DNA of 64,000 nt, from assembly GCA_964016885.1 (NCBI GenBank), contig OZ024743.1:269204001-269268000 (forward strand), given 5' to 3'. Position 1 is the stretch's first letter. The number at the start of each line of letters is the position of its first letter. The notes under the pieces were generated by a model. It did not search any database and was not told the origin of the DNA. It saw nothing but the letters and a program-made list of their open reading frames with translations. A program made the translations under genes and the position numbers. Positions 55,681-64,000 of this stretch are shown one piece after another. Source of the stretch: Eledone cirrhosa. Its lineage: Eukaryota.

Positions 55681-56399
55681 TCTTTTTGTACAGCTGACCA
55701 TGTTATTCTTCAATCTTTCACTTCTTTAATTCTGATTTGAGGCCACTCTAAACGTTTTTTCTGGCACCACATCTGCAGATTATGCAATGCATATTTCAGG
55801 AGAAACTTACTATTATTATCGTCATAATTGTTATTCAAACAAGAGCGGTGGAGTGGCAGTATCGGTAGAGGGTCAGACGCCATGCTTTGCAACATAGATT
55901 TACGGCTCTTTATAGTCTGAGTTCAAATTCCGCCGAGGTTAACTTTGTCTTTCATCCTTACGAGGTCGATAAAATAAAGTACCAGTAATACACTGCTGGC
56001 CTTGTGCCAAAGGTAGAAACAATTATTGTTATTCAAACATGCGAAGTGGCAGAGTTGTTAGCACTTTGTGAATAGAATGCTTTGCGGTCTTCGTTCCGGT
56101 TCTCTGCACTCTACGTTCAAACGCTTCTGCAGTCAACTTTGACTTTCATCCTTAACAGGTTGATAAAAAATGTCCCAGTCCAGTACTGAGGCCGATTTTT
56201 TCTCTGTATCATCTTCTCACTTCCTCTCCAACTCTGGAAGAAAGCGCTTGAGTTCTAATTAGGAGATACATGGGCTCCACCAGGTTTATAATGCCTATGT
56301 AATGTTATGTTTTACAACGGCACCTCTACGACTCCATCAGATGTCACGGGTAGATAGCTATATACATTCATTATCATTATTATTGATAGTTTGCTCTCT

Positions 56400-57072
56400 A
56401 AATTCTATTGTCTGTTGGGTTTCAACTTAAACAGGCCGAGTATATGTGCAGTGCTCAATAGGACAGTCTTTGGTAGGAGAGCAATTTGTGATTTGATTTC
56501 TATTTGCTCAAGTTTCTTGGGTATCTCTGTCATTAAGGACACTTTGGGGGAAACTTTATTATTATTATTATGAATTTGTTTAATATAATTATTAATATTA
56601 AATTATTATTATTATGAATTTGATGTTATTTAACCGGAAAATTTTCCCAAATGAACATCAAGCCACTAGCTGCTGCCTCAGATATTCAGGACGTATTTTA
56701 AAGTGTTGTAAAAAAAAAGGGGGCTGGCTAATGTTCTTTAGCGATCCTTGGAAACTCTTCGAGACAGTACCTAGTACTCTTATGACAATGGGAACGACCT
56801 GATCTGATGAAAGTCCCAAATCCTTTTCAGTTTCCACTTTAGAGCCTGGTACCAGTTAATTTTCTCATCCTCCTTTTCTTGCACTCTTGTGTCAAAGTGG
56901 CAAGCTACATCTATAATAAAGCAAGATCTTTTTTCCTTGTCAAAAACTACCAAGTCTGGCCTATTGTGTTCTAATTCTCTAGCTGTTTGTATCCTGAAAT
57001 CCCACAGCGCTTCACCCGATCGTTTTCTATCACCGACTCTGGCTTATGCTCATACCACTTCTCAAAATGGGG
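56400..57072 (-). mobile_element. R4/Dong-like non-LTR retrotransposon 3' fragments (restriction-like endonuclease) in (TAA)n context
   Basis: WYEHKPESVIEND..WDFRIQTARELEHNRPDLVVFDKEKRSCFIIDVAC...KEDEKINWY..LK...IW...VVPIVI.VLG (about 56660-57072). A second short C-terminal piece (KTVLLSTAHIL) lies at about 56400-56555. (AAT)n at the junctions. Confidence 0.8.
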
Positions 57073-58704
57073 TAAATTATTATTATTGCTGTTATTATTA
57101 TTATTATTGTTGTTGTTGTTGTTGGTGTTGTTGTTGTTGTTGTGTTTTTCCTTTTCCTTCAGCCATTTCTTTCCGAGTGTCTTCCCGGCACCTAGGGCAG
57201 AGAAACTCACTGCATGCATTGGTAAGCCACAACATAAACACACCAGATTGTTCTTAACTTTACACAGTTACAAGTATATCATTACTTTATACATGTGCAC
57301 ATTATCTGTTTAAAATCCTATTTACTAGAGAATGGTATTTAATCATATAAGAGTGCTCAGTTATTTACAACTTACATAATTATAGAATATAATCTAATAA
57401 AGTTAAGTAAAAAAAATTACTTAGATGACTATTTTTCTCACAGCGATAGTGCTCTTCTCAATACGTGTGCCGTACCATATTATTATTGTTATTATATATT
57501 GAGTTCAAATCCCGCCGAGGTTAACTTTGCCTTTCATCCTTACAGGGTCGATAAAATAAAGTACCAGTAATGCACTGGGTAATTGCTGGCCTTGTGTCAA
57601 AAGTAGAAACAATTATATCGGTAGAGCGTCAAACACCATGCTTTGCAGCATAGACTTACGACCCTTTACGTTCTGAGTTCAAATCCCGCCGAGGTTAGCT
57701 TTTCCTTTTATCCTTACGGGATAGATAAAATAAAGCACCAGTAACGTACTGGGGTCGATTTAATCGACTTTCCCCTCCCCTTCAAATTGCTGACCTTGTG
57801 CCGAAAGTAGAAACAATTATTATCATCATTGTTTTGTTAAGTCTTTCGGTCCATATTGTTTGTTGATTTTGCCGTGTTTGCAGAACATTCGTCATTGAGA
57901 TTAAGAACCATATGGTTTCGGGTTCGAACGGGTCCCAATGTGTGCCACCTAGGACAAACATCTACTAATATATCCTCGGATGAACTAATGCTTAGGGAGT
58001 GGAATTTGGTTGATGGAAACTGTGCAGAAGCCTATCATAGGTCCAACAAAGCAACTTCATGTAAAGATTTGTAAAGTGGATGTCTATCTATTTATCTATA
58101 TTGGAGGGTGTTAAATGTACGCGGGGGGGTTAGCCTGATGTAAGTCGAATTTTCCAATGAGATAATGGTTTCTGATTAAGGCATAAGGCCAACAATCTGA
58201 AGTGGAGAGGAAAGTCGATTACATCGACTCCAGTGTGTTAGTGGTGATTTATTTATCGACCCCGTAAGGATGAAAGGCAAAGCTAACCCGGCGGGTTTTA
58301 AACTCAGAATGTAAAGGGCCGTAACTCTATTCCGTCCAACGCTCTACCGATACTGCCAATCCACTAATATGCATTTCTTAGCGTGTGAACACTTATTAAG
58401 GAACATGGTATTTTCTTGTCCCGTTTCTATACGTGATCGGTATTCTGTTGTTAGCTGTACTTGAGCTATTTAAAATTATGCAGTAATCAAGATTGGGTGT
58501 TACGGTTGCATGTTAAAGAAGTTCTCTTTAGAACTAGGGGGTTCGATCCCACTAATCGATTTTACACTTCATGTTTATAGAGTCTATTGAATAAGTACCA
58601 GGAATTTACTGAATTGATTTAATCGAATCTGTGCTACCGACATTTGTGGTTGTCTTGTGTGTATGTTAGAAAATCTTCTTCTTCTTCTTCTTCTTCTTCT
58701 CGTT

Positions 58705-58774
<70 letters not shown>

Positions 58775-58973
58775 AAGAAGCAACAACAACATTTGTGGGT
58801 TATGGTTGTGGTTGTATGTTGTGTGTTACCGTTGTATGTGTGTGTGTGTGACAGAGAGAGAGAGAGAGAGAGAGATAGAGAGTGTCGAAGTGAGAAAAAG
58901 AAAGTCGAAGAAAGAGAGAAAGCGAAAGTAGGAGATAAATATTTGAAAAGAAGGAGGGAAAGAAGGACGGAGT

Positions 58974-59038
<65 letters not shown>

Positions 59039-59066
59039 AGAGAGAGAGAGAGAGAGAGAAAGCGAG

Positions 59067-59103
<37 letters not shown>

Positions 59104-59204
59104 CTACTGTAAATGATGGCGCCTGGTGTAATACCAGGAGATTTCTCTAAATCCCACATTTAATTATGACTTCTTAGGAAAACATCAGCAGTATCCTCTC
59201 CTGC

Positions 59205-59575
59205 AACACCACCACCACCACCACCACCACCACCACCACCACCACCACCACCACCACCACCACTACCATCACCAACAGCACCACTACCACCACCACTACC
59301 ACCACCATCACTAACATCGCCACCACCATCACCAACACCACCACCTTCACCACCACCACCACCACCACCACCATCTTCACCAACACCACCACCAACAGCA
59401 CCAATATCACCATCACCACCACCACTATCACCAACATCGCCACCACCATCACCAACACCACCATCACTAACATCACCACCACCATCACCAACACCACCAT
59501 CACCTTCACCAACACCACCACCACCATCACCAACACCGCCGCCGCCATCATCACCAACACCACCACCTTCACCAC
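59205..59575. repeat. (CCA)n-derived low-complexity tract
   Basis: Direct reading; source of the polyG/polyV ORFs. Confidence 0.9.
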
Positions 59576-60127
59576 TTTGATCTGCAAAAAATAGCAACTA
59601 AATCTCCTCTCCCGCAAATCATATCCTACCACCGTAAAATATAACAGACTGGACTGTGTGGTCCTGGATTAACTTGCACACTGGTAACAGACAGGATGGT
59701 CATAACTGGAATGTTTGTGATTATAAGTCTACATATAAGATATGACCTGGGGTTGAATACCAACAACAGTAACAACAATCACGAATTTAGACTAACAAAT
59801 AAATGATATCCAGTATAGGCACAAGACCATTTGGGGGGAGGGGAAAGTCGATTAAATCGACCCTAGTACGTTACTGGTACTTTATTTTATCGACCCCGTA
59901 AGGATGAAAGGCAAAGTTAACCTCGGCGGAATTTGAACTCAGACCGTAAAGGGCCGTAACTCTATGCCACAAAGCATGGTGTCCAACTCTTTACTGATAC
60001 TGCCAATCCACCGCCAGTAGACAAACAAATAAATAAAACAATGAATGTGAGGGGTTTTGAGGTGGATTGGAGAGTGTGGAGTGTATGATATTAGAGGTGT
60101 GTGCGGGGGCAGAAGGGATGCATGTGT

Positions 60128-60500
60128 ATATGAGGGGTGGTGGTGTGTTATGGGGGGGGGGGGTATCTGATATGAGGGGTGGTGGTATCTGATATGAGGG
60201 GTGGTGGTGTGTTATTAGGGGGGGGGGTCTTATGAAGGATGGTGGTGTGTTATAGGGGTGGTGGTGATATGAGGGGTGGTGGTGTGTGATATGAGGGTAG
60301 GGGGCTGTGTGATATGAGGTGTGGTGGTGTGTGATATGAGGGGGGTGGTGTGTTATTAGGGGGGTGTTATGAGGGATGGTGGTGTGTGATATGAGGGATG
60401 GTGGTGTGTGATATGAGGGGGTGGTGTGTTATTAGGGGGGTGTTATGAGGGATGGTGGTGTGTGATATGAGGGATGGTGGTGTGTGATATGAGGGGTGCA
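60128..60500. repeat. G-rich minisatellite (about 22-bp GATATGAGGG(G/A)TGGTGGTGTGT)
   Basis: Direct reading. Confidence 0.85.
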
Positions 60501-61956
60501 TATGTATATGATGGGGCATATCTGTATGAGGGTTGTAGAAGTGGATAGGAGGGGTTGTGTGATGTGAGGTGTGTGTGTGGACAGAAGGAGTGCATGTGAA
60601 TATGTGGATAGGTGTGGTGTATGTGGATGAAGCCCCCCCACCCACCACCACCACCACCATCCACTCTAACCGTGCTCAGGAGATCGATCAGTGTTGTAAG
60701 TTGCTCGCCAGGGAGTTCGAAAGAAGGGTTTACATCACTAATTGATATTGGCAGTTCCTTAGACAGTATCAGTCACTCTGACTCCATCTTGGCTGAAGAA
60801 GGAATGATACTATGTGGTTGCAAGAAATAGCTCCCACATCTCCCTCAAAGTCACAGACTATTAGTTTAAAACGTAAATAGGATCTCCGTCGGTTCCGGGG
60901 ACGAGTGGTCCGGTGATTCAGTTGTTTGATCAACGGAACACCCTGCTCATGAAATGAACGTGCCAGTGATTGAGTATCCCATAGACACGTGTACTCTTAC
61001 GAGGCTGACCAAGATACTCTCATGGAATGACCAAATATGGTTAAGTTTTCAACATAATCCCTGGAAAGAAACAATGCAGTTATTAATAAGTGGAGTAGAA
61101 ATTAATGCATGCAAGATTTCACAGCTCTGGCGTCACTCATTCATAGTTAGCCTATAAACCTTTCAGCCGATCCTTGTACGGGAGAGTCGGCGTGAGACAT
61201 TGTGTGCCAAACAAAGGTGGACTTTATAGAATTATAAATACAACTCATCTTTGCCAAGGGTGTAGACAGGAGCAACATGAAATATAGTGTTGCTCAAGGA
61301 CTCAACTCGCTGCAATGTCGGTATTTCGAACTCACGACTATACGATCACGAGCCATCATAACAAAGAGATAAGAAACCGTTGGATTGATAAGATAATGTA
61401 TTCATGGATTCTTTGCACTTTTGGAAGCGATGAGATGGTCATGGCTAGAAGGAGCTCCTAAACCAGAATCAGTCACACAGACTCCATACTGGCTGGAGTT
61501 TGAATGCCTGTGGGTGGTTTAGAAATAGCAGCCAAATATTCCTGAAACCACAGGCTTAAAACCATGTGGATACGCTGGATGGACAATGTGGCCATGGGGT
61601 TCTCTTCTGAGATGGTCACGGCTGGAATATATTTGAGAATACATCTGATCCATCACGGTTTACCTGGAGTTAAAACAACATATTAGCAATAACAACAGAA
61701 ATAACAACAACAATAGCAGCAACAACAGCAATAACAACAACAACAATAGCAACATCAGTAGCAATAACAACTACAGCAATAACAACAATAAAACTACAAT
61801 AACAACGTCAACAACAACGACAACAACAAGTGCTCCCATATGAGTCAGAGAGGGAGGAGTGTCCAAACGTGGCGGAACTTAATACCACAATGTGATTTCG
61901 TTTGCTACACCGATTATTTTACCTTAAACGTAGACACAAACATCTGCACGCACAAA

Positions 61957-61999
<43 letters not shown>

Positions 62000-62014
62000 A
62001 CACACACACACACA

Positions 62015-62091
<77 letters not shown>

Positions 62092-62100
62092 ACACACACA

Positions 62101-62134
<34 letters not shown>

Positions 62135-62449
62135 CTGACATACAGACAAACACACACACACATATGTATGAAACATTCTATAAAATCTTATATAGGTAGT
62201 GGAGATTTACTTATGAGTGACGGCTTTAGTAATTCTGGCTTTTTGTCAAACTAAGGAAGTAAATTAAATTTTATATTTTCGTATTGTTAAAATGGCCTGT
62301 AGCAAGGGAATAAAAATATTCTATAAACAGTGGTTAGTTTAGTGAAAGTAAACTAGGTTTGTTATAAGCTTTGTTTAGGTATGTGAATCATATTCATGCT
62401 TTAAATTTGAAAGTCATTTAAAGTTGAAATGTAACGGTCAATTAAAGTT

Positions 62450-62855
62450 CTTCTTCACCCACTTATTCCTGAGAGGGTCGTGGGGACAGAGTCCTCAAAC
62501 GCTCCTTCCAAAATGTCCTGTCAGAAGCAACCGTCTCCATCTGATCCGGCTTGATCACCAAACGAGACCAGCCAAGCTCATGGATGTTATCGAACCATCT
62601 TGCTCGGGGTCTACCCCTGGCGGTCGGTTTTACACGAAAAATCTGTCCAGCGATTCTTTTTTAAGACATTCTAACCACATGTCAATAGTATCAGAGCTGT
62701 GATCTCTCAATTCGGAGAAGCAACGGCTCTTCTCTTCGGAAGAACCCATTTTGGCCGCTTGTACTCGCGATCGTATTCTTTCGGTCATTAGCCAAGATTC
62801 ATGACCATAGGTAAGGGTTGACTCGAATACCGAATTGAAGATAGTGAGTTTGTCA
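62450..62855 (-). mobile_element. RTE-clade LINE 3' fragment
   Basis: Minus strand: KLTIFNSVFESTLTYGHESW.MTERIRSRVQAA...EPLLLRIERSQL...HVVRM...RGRPRARW. Confidence 0.8.
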
Positions 62856-63622
62856 ATTAAAGTGGAAAGTGGAAACTCTCAATGTGTGTGTTTGTGAATA
62901 GATAAGGTCCCATGGAATTCATAGAATGGTGATCTAACAACCTAGATATAGGTAGTAGAAATAATATACAGAAATAAACGATCGACAAGATCCCAGACCT
63001 CATTCGCTTATCGAGTGGGGTGGGGGTGGGGGTGAGGGTGTGGGGGTGGAACCTGTCAAATGTGACAAAGGAAACAATATTTCCATTGTTTTTTCTTTCC
63101 ATTACTGATACTATCTACCGGTCACAATTTATGGCAGAATGAGCAACGTAAAATAAAGTGTTTTGCTCAAGGACATAACGCATTGCCCGGTCCGGAAATC
63201 GAACTCGCAACGTCACGAATGTGAATCCAATTCTCTAACTACTAAGCCAGGTGCATTCATTAGTAGTAGAAATACAGTAACCTAACAACGTACTTATATG
63301 TCGTAGAAATATACAAATTTACATACAATAAATACAAATAATGTATCCAATAAACAAACACGAAAAAACAAAAATAAATCGAAATTAAAGCCTTAAGACA
63401 AACATTCTCGAGCACAGCATCTCAATGTATATGAAAATATAAGCGGGTTTTGAGTGTATATTGGTGTGTGCGTGTGTGTGGGTATATATATATATATATA
63501 TATCTCCATCTATGTATATATATACACACAGAAAAACACACACACTCACACAGACACATTCATTCATACATACATATATATATATACATATATATACATA
63601 CATACATACATACATACATACA

Positions 63623-63781
<159 letters not shown>

Positions 63782-64000
63782 CTTAGGTAGAGCCTCAAGA
63801 ACAGTTAGCAGCAAAACAAAATTTAAAATATTAGTTTAACAGTGGAAAGGAAATAAATGAAGAACTAAAAGAATTGTACGTTTTAGACTGTTTGACCTTC
63901 TTCAGAGAAAAACAGAGAAGAAAAGAAGAAAGAAAGAATAGGGAAAAAATATGTATGAACTTACTGGCGTTTAATATTTAGAGACACACTCTGAAGTGAA

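Noticed and set aside
59160-59632. Gly/Asp-rich and Val-rich ORFs
   Set aside because: (CCA)n-derived repeat with no splice or homology support.

Overview
Eukaryotic, very AT- and microsatellite-rich DNA. The SINE, LINE and microsatellite content suggests a mollusc, most likely an octopus; this is inference and cannot be proven from the window alone. The only credible host coding sequence is a 2.9-kb terminal exon (25756-28668, +) of a Mastermind-like (MAML) Notch co-activator. Its N-terminal CSL/NICD-binding exon is not visible and probably lies upstream of the window. Everything else is intronic or intergenic repeat: two tRNA-derived SINE families, RTE, Tx1-like, R4/Dong-like and CRE-like LINE fragments, piggyBac- and Tc1/pogo-type MITEs, a 29-bp satellite and a 615-bp tandem triplication. 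The ORF track misses the most striking layer, a dense population of Penelope-like (Naiad-type) remnants and small non-coding derivatives carrying minimal type I hammerhead ribozymes. About seven near-intact and several decayed ribozyme copies are visible, some in 330-430 bp tandem retrozyme-like units, and many elements have fold-back arms. Nearly all ORFs in the supplied track are microsatellite artefacts. All homology calls come from motif recognition by eye, not database searches.
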